Assembly (NCBI GenBank): GCA_963785305.1
Contig: CAWAUV010000008.1
Coordinates: 1,248,001 to 1,312,000, forward strand
DNA length: 64,000 bases
Reading direction: 5' to 3'
Origin: an uncultured Planctomycetaceae bacterium
Lineage (GTDB): Bacteria; Planctomycetota; Planctomycetia; Pirellulales; PALSA-1355
Positions 43,309 to 53,302 of this stretch are shown here, piece by piece. A program made the translations under genes and the position numbers. The notes beneath the pieces were generated by a model, which was given only the letters and a program-made list of their open reading frames with translations, was not told where the DNA came from and ran no database searches. Every line of letters starts with the position of its first letter. Position 1 is the first letter of the stretch.

Positions 43309-43456
43309 CGTGCCGACTCCTATTCGCGACGAGGAATGTTTTTGCCGCCAACGCTCGCGGATGAACTCGAAAAACCACGGACCAGCGATCCCTCGCCGTT
43401 GTCCGTGAAATTTCGTGCCTGTCCGCGGCTAACCGCCTTGCCCTTGAATTGCCCGT

Positions 43457-44539
43457 TTACTCGATCACCAGCACCCCGTGCAGCTTGCCGTTGCGTTCGA
43501 TCGCCTTGATGATGTCGATCACGTCCTCGGTGGGGGTCTTGATCGCATTGAGCGCTTCGATCAGACCCTTGAGCTTGGCCGGCGACGCTTTCTCCGAGTC
43601 GACCGCCACGAAGCGGTTGCCATAGGTCGAAGGCGCGCCGGCTTCGATCACGAAATTCTTATGCGTCACCACCACCGCGCCGATCTCGACATCGCCGCTA
43701 ATCACCACGCTGCCGGTCTTTTCATGAATCACGACCCGCGCCTCGGGCTGCGGATCGAGCGTCGGCAGACTGAGCACTTGCGAGACGAACAGCACCGGAT
43801 CATCGCGATATTGGCTGGGAATGGTCACTTCGATGTTCACTTGATTGATCGCTCGAGCGAGCATGCCGTCGGTGTTTTGATAATTGAGTTGACTGTTGAT
43901 CAGTTCGGCGGTGTCTTGGGCCACCTGAAAGTCGGCGTGGTTCTTGTCCAAGACCAGCGTGATCTTGCCGTCTTTGGAAAACACGTTGTAGAAATCCTCC
44001 TCGAGCCGGCAGCCCTGGTGAATCTTGCCGCTGGTGGCCGCCTTGGGATCTTCGATATAGATTTGTCCCTGGGCAAAGGCATAGACCCGGGGATTGCCGA
44101 CTCGCGGTCCTTGCATCGGCGTGGAGAAGAGCGTGCCGCCGTTGAGGCTCTTGGCGGCGCCGATCGAGCTCACCACGCAGTCGAGCTTGTCGCCCTGGCG
44201 GGCGCCGGCGGCGGGCACCGTGGCCGTGATCATCACCAGGGCCACGTTCTTGGCGTCTTTCAGCTCCAGGGCCCCGGTCTTGCCGATCGGGTTACCCATC
44301 AATTGCAGGGCGGTGGCCAGGCTGCGGATCGTGGGAAGAAAGTCGCCGCCATCGCCGGTGCCCTTGAGACCCACGACCAAACCCAGGCCGTGCAGCGAGT
44401 TTTCTTCCTGGCCTTTCACGCGGCAAATGTTCTTGAGCACGGTGCGGGCCTCGGCGATCGGCGCCGCGGCCGGCAGCATCGCCAGCAATGTCGCCGCGAC
44501 GATCGCTCCGCGCAAGATGGGTTTTCGTGCAGGTTTCAA
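43457..44539 (-). CDS. flgI: Flagellar P-ring protein
   Basis: GLGLVVGLKGTGD, KNVALVMITA, AKSLNGGTL, TGSVVI. Confidence 0.93.
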   Translation of the reverse strand: MKPARKPILRGAIVAATLLAMLPAAAPIAEARTVLKNICRVKGQEENSLHGLGLVVGLKGTGDGGDFLPTIRSLATALQLMGNPIGKTGALELKDAKNVALVMITATVPAAGARQGDKLDCVVSSIGAAKSLNGGTLFSTPMQGPRVGNPRVYAFAQGQIYIEDPKAATSGKIHQGCRLEEDFYNVFSKDGKITLVLDKNHADFQVAQDTAELINSQLNYQNTDGMLARAINQVNIEVTIPSQYRDDPVLFVSQVLSLPTLDPQPEARVVIHEKTGSVVISGDVEIGAVVVTHKNFVIEAGAPSTYGNRFVAVDSEKASPAKLKGLIEALNAIKTPTEDVIDIIKAIERNGKLHGVLVIE

Positions 44540-44601
44540 GACATCGCTCCCGCCGCTTGAGTCAACCCAAGCGGCAACGTGTTACGTGCCGCGACCGGCT
44601 G

Positions 44602-45290
44602 TTAGAACGCCCCATAACGATCGATCAGCTTGAACAGCCAGCCGCGGCGGTATCCGTCGCGCACTTGGCCCCGTTCGCGTTTGAAGATTTGCAGCTCCGC
44701 CAGATTCTCGCTCAGCACCGTGTTATTCGGCAGCACATCCTCGGGCCGCACGATGCCGGAAATCTTGCGTTCCCAGATTTCCTCGTTCTGCGTGATCTTT
44801 TGGTTCGCTTCGAGCACCAGCAGGCCGTTGGGGCGAATATCCACGATCCGGGCCATGATGCGAAACTTCATGCCGTCGTTGAGCTGCATATTGGCGCGGG
44901 CCTGAAACTGACCTTGCAGGGTGCCGTTGATCTGCGGCGAGTTCGTCGACGGACGGACACCGAGCCCGTCGAGGTCGATCCAGTTTTGTAGGGTGGCGTC
45001 GAGCTCGCCTTGCTTGCGGCGCATCAAGTTGCCTTCGCTCGAAACTTGCGACTTTTCGTCGACGATGATCATGATCTGATCGTTGATCCTGAGCACGCGC
45101 GGCGGCTCGGCCGGCTGATACAAGAACGACGAGGTCGCGAGCGTGAGCGGCGATCCGCCCGCCGCCGGCACATCTTGCTGAAACATGCTCGAGCTTTGCG
45201 CCGAGCCACGCCGGCGCTGCCCCAGAGCAGGGCCATCGCCAGCGGGGCGGCGCCTCGATGTCTTCGCGGTGTGTTGGGTCGCCTGGTCAC
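44602..45290 (-). CDS. flgH: Flagellar L-ring protein (signal peptide probably in a shifted frame, near 45200)
   Basis: RIVDIRPNGLLVLEA, SGIVRPEDV...S..LAE, GWL; located between flgA and flgI. Confidence 0.88.
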
Positions 45291-45362
45291 GCAAGTTTCC
45301 GTTGGGTTGGCGGTTTAAATTGCAAACATGCGCGACGAGCGCAATTCGAACTTTCGTGAAGA

Positions 45363-46745
45363 TCAATTGTCGGCGGAGTTCGATTCGGAAGCGGCGTCGG
45401 ATTTCTTCTTCTCTTCGCGATGCGGCGCCACCACGCTCGTGACCGGCCGGCTCGCATTGGCGAAAGCCGCCTTGGCCAGCACGCTACCCGGCGCCGGTTG
45501 AGAAGCCAGCGGAACCGCGGCCACCGGCGCCTTGGCCGACGCCTGTCGAGCGCGCGACGCCGGAGATTCCGCTCGATGCGATTTCTCGCGAGCCAGTTGC
45601 ATATTGGGCATCGGCCCGGGCAGCGGAGGCTCGGGGGCCGCCCGCTGGGCCACTTTCCGCGTGTCCCTCGGCGGCTCGATCTCGCCTGGCACGCTGACCG
45701 CGTGGGCATAGACCTCGACTTCCTGCACACCGATCACGCGCGTGAAATACGCCGAGCGGTCGGCGAGCGACTCGACCGACACCAGATCGTTGTGGCTGCC
45801 GTCCTCACGAGCCCGGGCCGTGGTGCGCACTTGCACTCCGCCCGAGCGGGCATACACGGTGACGATATCGCCCCGCTTCACGAGCAGCGGCGCGCGAACC
45901 GATTGATCGTCGAGAATCTGTCCCTCGGCGACGGCGCGGTGGATCTCCTTGCCGACTACTTCCTCGAGGGATTGATAGGCATGCGATTCGCCCTTCGAGG
46001 CGATGCCGGGCTGCAACCGCACATCGTCGGCCCGCACGATCGCCCCGCGGGGGAGCGGATGCGAGGCCACGACCAGCATCGGCGGCAGCGTGACTTCGAC
46101 TCGGACCGAGGTTTGGCGAGTTTGGCCGTCGAGCGTGGCGGTGAGATGAAACTGCTGCTGCCCGGTCCAGGGAGGCTCGCCGCCGCTGACCACGAGTTGC
46201 TCACCCGCCTTGCCGACGAACTGGGCCTGTTCATTCGTGAGCTCGAATTTAACCTGCCACGCCGCGGCGCGGTCGGTGCATTCCTCGATATAGTCGAGCA
46301 GCGCCGCCTGGGCACGCGCGGTCGCCTCGCGCTGCGACACGCTCGGCCCTTGCATGGCGGCCGATGCCTTGGGCTTCGTGATCGTGGGCTTGTCGAGCGC
46401 GCCGATGATCGCCACTTGGCTCGCGCCGCTGAGCCGATGGTCTCGCCAGTTGACGCCGCGCTCGGTGAGCAGGTCTTGCAGTTCCCGCGCTCGCAGGTAG
46501 CGCCGTTGGCCGGCGGCCGGAGCGGCCATGATATCGAGCGTCGCGAGCTGCTTGGCCTCGTCGGGATTGCCGCTCGTCACTTCCGCGATATCGCCGAGCA
46601 AGACCAGCCCGCCCTCGGTGCGCAGCTCGCTTCGCAAGGTGATTTCGGCCGCCGAAGCGCGAGATGCGAGCGAGCCCACGACAAGGATCGCGAACATCGC
46701 GGCGGCGGTCGTCGGGCGAGCGAGGGTCGAATGCATTGCAGCCAT
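45363..46745 (-). CDS. flgA: Flagellar P-ring assembly chaperone FlgA
   Basis: LGDIAEV, SAF domain (LPRGAIVRADD), PLLVKRGDIV...AREDG. Confidence 0.85.
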   Translation of the reverse strand: MAAMHSTLARPTTAAAMFAILVVGSLASRASAAEITLRSELRTEGGLVLLGDIAEVTSGNPDEAKQLATLDIMAAPAAGQRRYLRARELQDLLTERGVNWRDHRLSGASQVAIIGALDKPTITKPKASAAMQGPSVSQREATARAQAALLDYIEECTDRAAAWQVKFELTNEQAQFVGKAGEQLVVSGGEPPWTGQQQFHLTATLDGQTRQTSVRVEVTLPPMLVVASHPLPRGAIVRADDVRLQPGIASKGESHAYQSLEEVVGKEIHRAVAEGQILDDQSVRAPLLVKRGDIVTVYARSGGVQVRTTARAREDGSHNDLVSVESLADRSAYFTRVIGVQEVEVYAHAVSVPGEIEPPRDTRKVAQRAAPEPPLPGPMPNMQLAREKSHRAESPASRARQASAKAPVAAVPLASQPAPGSVLAKAAFANASRPVTSVVAPHREEKKKSDAASESNSADN

Positions 46746-46818
46746 GAGCCAGACCGTGAATAGCGTTTGGAAAAGCGAGGCGAAAGGGGCGACGATGCAA
46801 ACAGCCGATGATCGGAAA

Positions 46819-47622
46819 TTAGTAACGACGCAAATTGGCGATGAGTTGCAGAATCTGATCGCCGGCCTGCACCATTTGCGAATTGAGCTCGAAGTTGCGC
46901 TGCGTGGTGATCAGGTCGATCAGTTCCGTGACCGGCTCGACATTCGATTGTTCGAGCGTGCCCTGCTGAATGGTGCCCATGCCGTTCAAGCCCGGATTGT
47001 TGATGAGCTGCGGACCGCTGGCTTGCGTCTGCTGATACAGGTTTTCGCCGATCTTGAGCAAACCTTCCGGATTCTGGAACCACGCGAGCTGAATCTGTCC
47101 GACCTGCTGGAGCGTGGTATTGCCGTAGGTTTGAATCGACACTTGACCGTTGGCGCCCACGACGATGCCGGTCGCGTCTTGTTGAATCGTGATCGGCGGC
47201 GTGAGCGGGCGACCATCGTAGGCCGAGGCCGTGACCACCTGACCGATCGCATTGACGGTGAAATTGCCGGCCCGCGTGTAATAAATCTGTCCCGTGGGAT
47301 CGAGCACCTGAAACAAGCCGTTTCCGTTGATCGCGAGGTCGAGCTGGTTGCCGGTCTCGTTGAAAGCGCCTTGCGTGAAATCGGTTTGCGTGGCGGCCAC
47401 GCGCGTGCCAAGACCGACGGCAATGCCGGTGGGCGTGAGATAGCCCGCCTGATCCTGGTAGCCCGGCAATTTGAGATTGCGGTAGTAGAGGTCCTGAAAG
47501 TCGGTCTTTTCGCGTTTGAAGCCGGTGGTGTTGACGTTGGCCAGATTGTTGGAGATGTTGTCCAACTTGGTCTGCAACGAGTTCATGCCGGTGGCGGCGG
47601 TGTAGAGCGCTTGAAGCGTCAT
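46819..47622 (-). CDS. flgG: Flagellar basal-body rod protein FlgG
   Basis: ALYTAATGM, SNNLANVNTTGFK, YTRAGNF, LEQSNVEPVTELIDLI. Confidence 0.95.
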   Translation of the reverse strand: MTLQALYTAATGMNSLQTKLDNISNNLANVNTTGFKREKTDFQDLYYRNLKLPGYQDQAGYLTPTGIAVGLGTRVAATQTDFTQGAFNETGNQLDLAINGNGLFQVLDPTGQIYYTRAGNFTVNAIGQVVTASAYDGRPLTPPITIQQDATGIVVGANGQVSIQTYGNTTLQQVGQIQLAWFQNPEGLLKIGENLYQQTQASGPQLINNPGLNGMGTIQQGTLEQSNVEPVTELIDLITTQRNFELNSQMVQAGDQILQLIANLRRY

Positions 47623-47680
47623 GGCGTTCGAATTCTCGTGCGAGGCTGCGAAAAAGTTTCAGACAAGTTCAGGCCGGCGG

Positions 47681-48433
47681 CTATTCCTTGAGCAATTTGT
47701 CGACCAACGTGCTCAGCATTTGGTCGTAGTTGCGAATCATGCTCACGTTGGCTTCGAAGGTTCGCGTGGATTCGATCAGTTCCATCATTTCGCTCGTGGG
47801 CTGCGTGCCCGAGGCCTCGAGGCTGCCGGAGAGCACGCGGCGTGCTTCGAGTGGCACGGGCGAGGTCGGCGAGAGCGGCAGAAACGCGTTTTCGCCTTGC
47901 TTGACCAGATCGCCCAGCGAAGCGGGGCGAACGACGGCCAAGAACGTTGTCTCGCTGCCTTGGACAAACGCGCCCTCGGGCGTAATCTGCCAAGGTCCGC
48001 CCTCGGGGTCGAGCACGACCTGGCCATTGGCGTCGCTCATCACCTGGTCGCCAAGCGCGTTCACCATCACGCCGTCTTGATTGAACATGAAGTTGCCGGC
48101 CCGAGTGAGCATCGGGCGGCCTTGCTTATTGACGACGAAGAAACCGTCGCCTTCGATCGCCAAATCGGTGGGCTTGCCGGTCTGCTGAACCGCGCCGGGC
48201 GAGAAGTCGGTCCGCGTGCAGAGCACCTCGACGCCGCCGCCCACATCGTTGATCGAGCCGTTGCCCTCGTCGGCGAGACCTTCGGCGATGGCCTCGGCCG
48301 GCCGGGCCTGAATGATGGCAAGCTCGCGCTTGAAGCCCGTGGTGCTGACATTGGCCAGGTTGTTGGCCAGCACTTCGAGCCGCTTGGTTTGCGCGTTGGC
48401 GCCTTCGGAGGCGAGATACAGGCCGTACTGCAT
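47681..48433 (-). CDS. flgF: Flagellar basal-body rod protein FlgF
   Basis: ANNLANVSTTGFK, DLAIEGDGFF, TRAGNF, LEASG..P..EM. Confidence 0.88.
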   Translation of the reverse strand: MQYGLYLASEGANAQTKRLEVLANNLANVSTTGFKRELAIIQARPAEAIAEGLADEGNGSINDVGGGVEVLCTRTDFSPGAVQQTGKPTDLAIEGDGFFVVNKQGRPMLTRAGNFMFNQDGVMVNALGDQVMSDANGQVVLDPEGGPWQITPEGAFVQGSETTFLAVVRPASLGDLVKQGENAFLPLSPTSPVPLEARRVLSGSLEASGTQPTSEMMELIESTRTFEANVSMIRNYDQMLSTLVDKLLKE

Positions 48434-48609
48434 CGGTGACGGACTCGAGAGCTCAGGGATGCCCCCCCGCGGCGCCGAGTCTGGCGTGGCCGACGACTAA
48501 AGCAACCGCGGCGCCAAACGCTCGCGATGTCGACGAGAATTTCGCGGCGCTCGCGATAAGTCGCGGCGCCACTTCAAGCTACGAACCGCGGGCCCGAGTT
48601 CGGCGCGTG

Positions 48610-48649
48610 AAAAAACTCTCCGGCGCCATCAGCAGGCGCCGGAGAGTTT
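48610..48649 (-). terminator. Rho-independent terminator after ctpA
   Basis: 15-bp perfect inverted repeat aaactctccggcgcc / ggcgccggagagttt with 7-nt loop, running into a T-tract on the minus strand. Confidence 0.75.
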
Positions 48650-48731
48650 CAGGCATAATCCGCGCATCGCGCTCGAAAGCGCCCGGCAAATTCGGCCGCT
48701 ATCACGGGAAAGCGCGAGTCGAAAATGCCGC

Positions 48732-50405
48732 CTATCGCTTGGCGATCTGACGCCGAGCCGCTTGCAGACCGGCGTCGAGGGTCGAGTCGCGAGCGTCGGC
48801 GCCGACCGGTCGCGCCGCCACGGCGCCTAAGTCGTCGGCCACCGGCTTGGCGACTTTTTGCACTTTGATGTCCGGCGACACGCCGACATGGCTGATCGCT
48901 TGACCGTTTGGCGAATAGAACTTGGCGGTGGTGAGTCGGATGCCGGCGCCGGCCACGTTCAGCGGAAAGATGCCTTGCACGGAACCTTTGCCGTAGCTGC
49001 GTTGGCCGACAAGCGTTCCGCGGCGATGATCGCGAATGGCGCCGGCGAAGATTTCGCTGGCGCTGGCGCTGTCACCATCGATCAGCAGCACCAGCGGCAC
49101 GCGCCATGTGCCCACCGGGCGGGCGGTGTAGTTGAAGTCCTCGGCCTTGCTCCGACCGCGGGTCGACACGATCACGCCATCGTTGATGAACTTGTCTGCC
49201 ACTTCCACGCTCGAGGTCAACAAGCCGCCCGGATTGCCGCGCAGGTCGATCACCAGGCTCCGCATGCCATCTTTTTGCAGGGTCCACAAGGCAGTGTCCA
49301 GGTCGCGGCTCGTGGTCTTCTGAAAGCAGGTCAGCTTCAGGTAGCCCACGCCGTATTCGCGGTCGATGATCTTCACATCGTCGACACTCGGCACATCGAC
49401 GTGCGCCCGACGCACCGACAATTGCCGCGGCGCCGCGCCCGGGCTCACCACGCTCACTCGGCAAACCGAGCCTTCGGGCCCTTGCAGCAAGTCGGCGGCT
49501 TGGTCGGTATTCATTTCCGTGGTCGCGCGGCCATCGACGGCCACGATGCGATCGCCGCCGCGGATGCCGGCTTTCTCCGCCGGGCTGCCGCTAATCGTCT
49601 TCACGATCTGCAAGGCGCCATCGACCGCCTTGAGCTCGATGCCCAGGCCCACGAAGTTGCCTTCGATCTGCGAATACACATCGTTGAGTTGATCGCCGGT
49701 CAGATACGAAGAGTATTCATCGAGCGCGCCGGCGGCGGCGCTGGTGAACTCGAAAATCGTGGCCGCCATGGGAACGCGGAGCGACTGCTGGACCGATTGG
49801 GCCGCGGCCGACACCACCGCTTCCGCGTCTTGTCGACTGCGAATCGCGCGGCCTTGCATCAGACCGGCAACACGGTTCATGGCCACTTGCAGTTCGGAGG
49901 CCGAAGGCTGGCGGGCAAAGTTTTGCTTGGCGAAGCCCTCTTCTTGCGTCGCTACGCGCAGGTCTTGAATGCCGCGCTCGACCAGGGCTCGCCAATCGGG
50001 CTCCGCGACATAGTGCGTTTGAATCTTGAGCAGCACTTCGCCGTAGAGCGACATCGCGTCGCGGGTGGGCAGCGTGGCCAGCGCCTTGAGGAAGCTCGAG
50101 TCGTGGTAGCGCCGGCCGAGATCGTAGTGAATCTTGGCCAGATCATGGCGGCCGAACAACTCGCGATCGTTCGGATGATCTTTAAGCGCTTCTTCGTAGA
50201 GATTGATCGCTTCGCCCCAGCGAAGCTGCGATTCGAAGTCGCGGCCGCGGTTCAATATGTCCGCGACATTGTCGCCCTCGGGCGGCGGAAGAATCTTGAT
50301 TTGAGCCCAGGCCGAAGTCGTGGCGCTGCCGGCGACAATCGCCAGCAGGCCCCAACTCACCAAGCCGAGCACGCGCAAACGCCACGCTTTCGATGATTGT
50401 CGCAT
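48732..50405 (-). CDS. ctpA: S41-family carboxy-terminal processing protease with PDZ domain
   Basis: GLGIEL PDZ, DLRGNPGGLL, SASASEIFAGA, SYGKGSVQ, LTTAKFYSP. Confidence 0.93.
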   Translation of the reverse strand: MRQSSKAWRLRVLGLVSWGLLAIVAGSATTSAWAQIKILPPPEGDNVADILNRGRDFESQLRWGEAINLYEEALKDHPNDRELFGRHDLAKIHYDLGRRYHDSSFLKALATLPTRDAMSLYGEVLLKIQTHYVAEPDWRALVERGIQDLRVATQEEGFAKQNFARQPSASELQVAMNRVAGLMQGRAIRSRQDAEAVVSAAAQSVQQSLRVPMAATIFEFTSAAAGALDEYSSYLTGDQLNDVYSQIEGNFVGLGIELKAVDGALQIVKTISGSPAEKAGIRGGDRIVAVDGRATTEMNTDQAADLLQGPEGSVCRVSVVSPGAAPRQLSVRRAHVDVPSVDDVKIIDREYGVGYLKLTCFQKTTSRDLDTALWTLQKDGMRSLVIDLRGNPGGLLTSSVEVADKFINDGVIVSTRGRSKAEDFNYTARPVGTWRVPLVLLIDGDSASASEIFAGAIRDHRRGTLVGQRSYGKGSVQGIFPLNVAGAGIRLTTAKFYSPNGQAISHVGVSPDIKVQKVAKPVADDLGAVAARPVGADARDSTLDAGLQAARRQIAKR

Positions 50406-51068
50406 AGAGTTTTTCCATTCCGAGAGCCGCTGGAAGCGTCTGGCCATGGGGCTCAAGCGACTGGCGGGGGAGCGATGTCCGCGGCGAAGCATCGCCGCGG
50501 CGACCGTCCTTGACCAACCCCTCGAGAGCCGGCGAATCCATCAAAGCTGACCGGCGCCGAACGCTCACTATTCGCCCCGGGTTCCAAAACCCCCGGGGCG
50601 AGGCGCCCGCGGCGCCAAGCGTTTTCGAGCCGCCAGCAGCTCAAAGCAAGTTCGATGCCTTCGCCGGTTGGGAGACGCGTATCTCGCAACCAATAGCACG
50701 CGACATGGAAAAACGCGGTGTCGGCATCCCATGCCACGTCTAATATAGGTCACGATTCGGGGTCGGTCAAAAAACGGCTCGAAAACCTCGGGAAAAACCG
50801 CTTCCCGCCGCCGCACAACCGGCGTCGTCGGCGCCCACGGCCCTCGCCAAAACAGTCGAGCGACCACGAAAAACGGCTTCGCGGATTCCCGCGTCGGGCG
50901 GTCGAATAATTGTAGAAATGTCCGACCGCCGAGAAGGATTTTCTCAAGTTCGGCCGGCCACGCGCCCGAAAAGGCGTTCCCAATCGCCCCACCCGCCACG
51001 CGCTTCGCCGAGTGCTGGCGCCCTCGCGGATCGGAAAATTCCGCCTCGCTGGAGCCACGGAACTTTCT

Positions 51069-52139
51069 TCACGCTTCGCTCTTTCCGCCGAAACCGCGTA
51101 TTCGCTCCACCTTGCCGCGGGCGAGCGACGCCGCTTCGGCTTCGCACATCGCCAGGGCGTCGGCCGCCAGTTGGCCATCGAGCAGTGGCGAAGCTTCGCC
51201 ACTGCTGATCGCCCGGGCCGCTTCCGAAAGCTCCCCCACGAAATCATCGACGGGGTCGGCCGCTCGCAGGCGCGGGTGGTGTGCCTTGCCATCGGCCGTG
51301 AGCAGGGTGAGCGGCGTGGCCACGACAGGCGCCCCGGCGACGACGGCAAAGTCGAACAGGAGCGTGGCCTTTTCGAGATGGATTTCGAAGCCGTGCGTGA
51401 AACTTCGCCCTTGCTGGGCGATGGCCCCGCTCGTGGCGGCGATGTGGAGCGAGCGGTCGGCGAACTGAAACTGCGAGGTAAAGAATTCCGCCACCGCCCC
51501 CCGCATCCGCCCACTGGTAAACACACTGCTCGGCATTCCAGCCAGCACCCGAATAAAATGGGCATCGTGAACGTGCAGATCGAGCATGGGCCCGCCGGTG
51601 GTCTTCGGATCGTAGAAATTCGGCAGCCAGAGGGGATCGCTGATGATCCGTTTGAAGAGCCCGCCAAGCAGCTTGCCCCACTTGCCGCTCTGGACCGCTT
51701 GATACGCGAATCGATATTCGGGCACAAACGGCAACACATGCGCGACCAGCAACCGCCGGTCGGAAGCCCGAGCGGCGACGATCATCCGCCGGGCATCGGC
51801 GACCGCGAGCGCGATCGGCTTCTCGCAGAGCACATGCTTGCCGGCCTTGAGCGCCGCGATCGCCGCGGCCGCATGTTCGCCGGGCGGCAAGCAAAGATCG
51901 ACCACATCGATCGCCGGATCGGCAAGCAGATCATTGAACCGCTCGTAAGCGCGAACTTTGCCGAGGTCCATGACGTCGCCCGGCGGCCCGAAGTTCCCTT
52001 GAACCCCCCGCCAATCCCCGGCCCGCTTCCTCGGATCGCGCGAACAAATCGCGACGACCCTCGCCCCCCGCGCCTTGCGATAGGCGAGATAATGAATCAT
52101 GCCCATAAAACCAATGCCGACAATTCCAACTCGCAACAT
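51069..52139 (-). CDS. Gfo/Idh/MocA-family oxidoreductase
   Basis: GIVGIGFMG, GKHVLCEKP, GGPMLDLHVHD. Confidence 0.92.
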   Translation of the reverse strand: MLRVGIVGIGFMGMIHYLAYRKARGARVVAICSRDPRKRAGDWRGVQGNFGPPGDVMDLGKVRAYERFNDLLADPAIDVVDLCLPPGEHAAAAIAALKAGKHVLCEKPIALAVADARRMIVAARASDRRLLVAHVLPFVPEYRFAYQAVQSGKWGKLLGGLFKRIISDPLWLPNFYDPKTTGGPMLDLHVHDAHFIRVLAGMPSSVFTSGRMRGAVAEFFTSQFQFADRSLHIAATSGAIAQQGRSFTHGFEIHLEKATLLFDFAVVAGAPVVATPLTLLTADGKAHHPRLRAADPVDDFVGELSEAARAISSGEASPLLDGQLAADALAMCEAEAASLARGKVERIRGFGGKSEA

Positions 52140-52653
52140 TTTCGTAAGTCTCAATGGGTGCGTCGTTTGTGGATTTCCATGTTTCCCAGCGATTCCATGA
52201 TTTTGGCCGGTTTTGGCATGATTTCGGGCTATCTCTTGCGCTAACCCTTGCGCATTTCCGGCATGAATTTCAGGTCATCGGCCACCGGCCAAGCCGTTTG
52301 TTTGACTGCCATTCTATCGCCGTCTCGTCGCCTTACGAGATGGTCGGATGGGGCGTCCGCAGGATAACTGGACGGCTATTGAGCTTTTTCTGGTGAGTCT
52401 GGGCGATTGGGACGCCGGCTTGCGGCGGCGGATGGATGACGGAAAGCATTGCTCCGCTTGATGCTGCCGCTCGTCAGCGTGAGGTTGTGCCACCGGCGGT
52501 GGCACACTCGGACTGATCGTAATTCTCGCACCGGCAGTGCCGGAGTTGCCATTTCGGCGGGCCGTTTCTCGCCTATTCATGGTCAATTACCGCAATTCCT
52601 GCATCATGTGCCAGAAAAGTCGCACTTTAGGCATCACTTTAGATATCGAACTG

Positions 52654-52682
52654 TTGACACTGTTGATGTCTTCCGATATACT
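52654..52682 (+). promoter_or_regulatory. Near-consensus sigma70 promoter for the RHH-TM-Argonaute operon
   Basis: TTGACA (52654-52659), 17-bp spacer, TATACT (52677-52682), 48 bp upstream of ATG 52731. Confidence 0.8.
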
Positions 52683-52730
52683 ACCAAGGTGCCCGAGCCA
52701 CCGATACATCCAGAGAAAGGGAGAAAAGCC

Positions 52731-52982
52731 ATGTCCAAGAACAAGCGAGTCGTATTCACGTTTGACGAACGGAGTCTGGAGAGCCTACAGAAATTGACCG
52801 AGCAGGGTCGGTTCTCATCGATGGCCGATACCGTCCGGGAGTCCCTGCAAATCAGCCGTGCCTTGCAATCGCAAGCGGGGCAGGGATTCACCGAGGTGAT
52901 GGTCCGTAACCCGGAAACCAACGAAGAACGGGTATTGGTAATTCCCACACTTCAGACAGCCAGCGCCAAATCGGAGGGGTAA
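52731..52982 (+). CDS. Small ribbon-helix-helix (CopG-like) DNA-binding protein, 83 aa
   Basis: Purine-rich RBS (gaaagggag); KRVVFTFD beta strand, helix, G..S.ADTVRESL helix, a typical RHH pattern. Confidence 0.7.
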   Translation: MSKNKRVVFTFDERSLESLQKLTEQGRFSSMADTVRESLQISRALQSQAGQGFTEVMVRNPETNEERVLVIPTLQTASAKSEG

Positions 52983-52987
52983 ACCTC

Positions 52988-53302
52988 ATGAGCATAGGAA
53001 GCAAAGACGAGGCCAAACCCGAGGATCACCCCATAGAAGCTGGCGAAGTGGGGGAATTGCACGACCTTTCATTCCACGAGGCCCAGCACCGTGCTGAGAC
53101 GGCCAAGTCCCTTGCAACGTGGTTGGTGATAATTCTTGGTGCAAGCTTAGCCCTTCACTATGTCCTCACCGTAATACTGGCGTTCGGAGGAAAGGAAGAG
53201 GCCATCAAAAACCTGAATTCGATCTTCAATGCTTGGCTGCCCGCGATATCGAGCCTGGTAAGCGCAGCTGCAACGTATTACTTCACGAGGGATAAACGAT
53301 GA
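52988..53302 (+). CDS. Small membrane protein with two predicted TM helices, 104 aa
   Basis: GGAGG RBS; hydrophobic stretches LATWLVIILGASLALHYVLTVILAF and IFNAWLPAISSLVSAAATYYF; its stop overlaps the Argonaute start (ATGA). Confidence 0.8.
   Translation: MSIGSKDEAKPEDHPIEAGEVGELHDLSFHEAQHRAETAKSLATWLVIILGASLALHYVLTVILAFGGKEEAIKNLNSIFNAWLPAISSLVSAAATYYFTRDKR

Noticed and set aside
52449..52730. N-terminal extension of the 177-aa ORF at 52449-52982
   Set aside because: Spans the promoter; the RBS supports ATG 52731.
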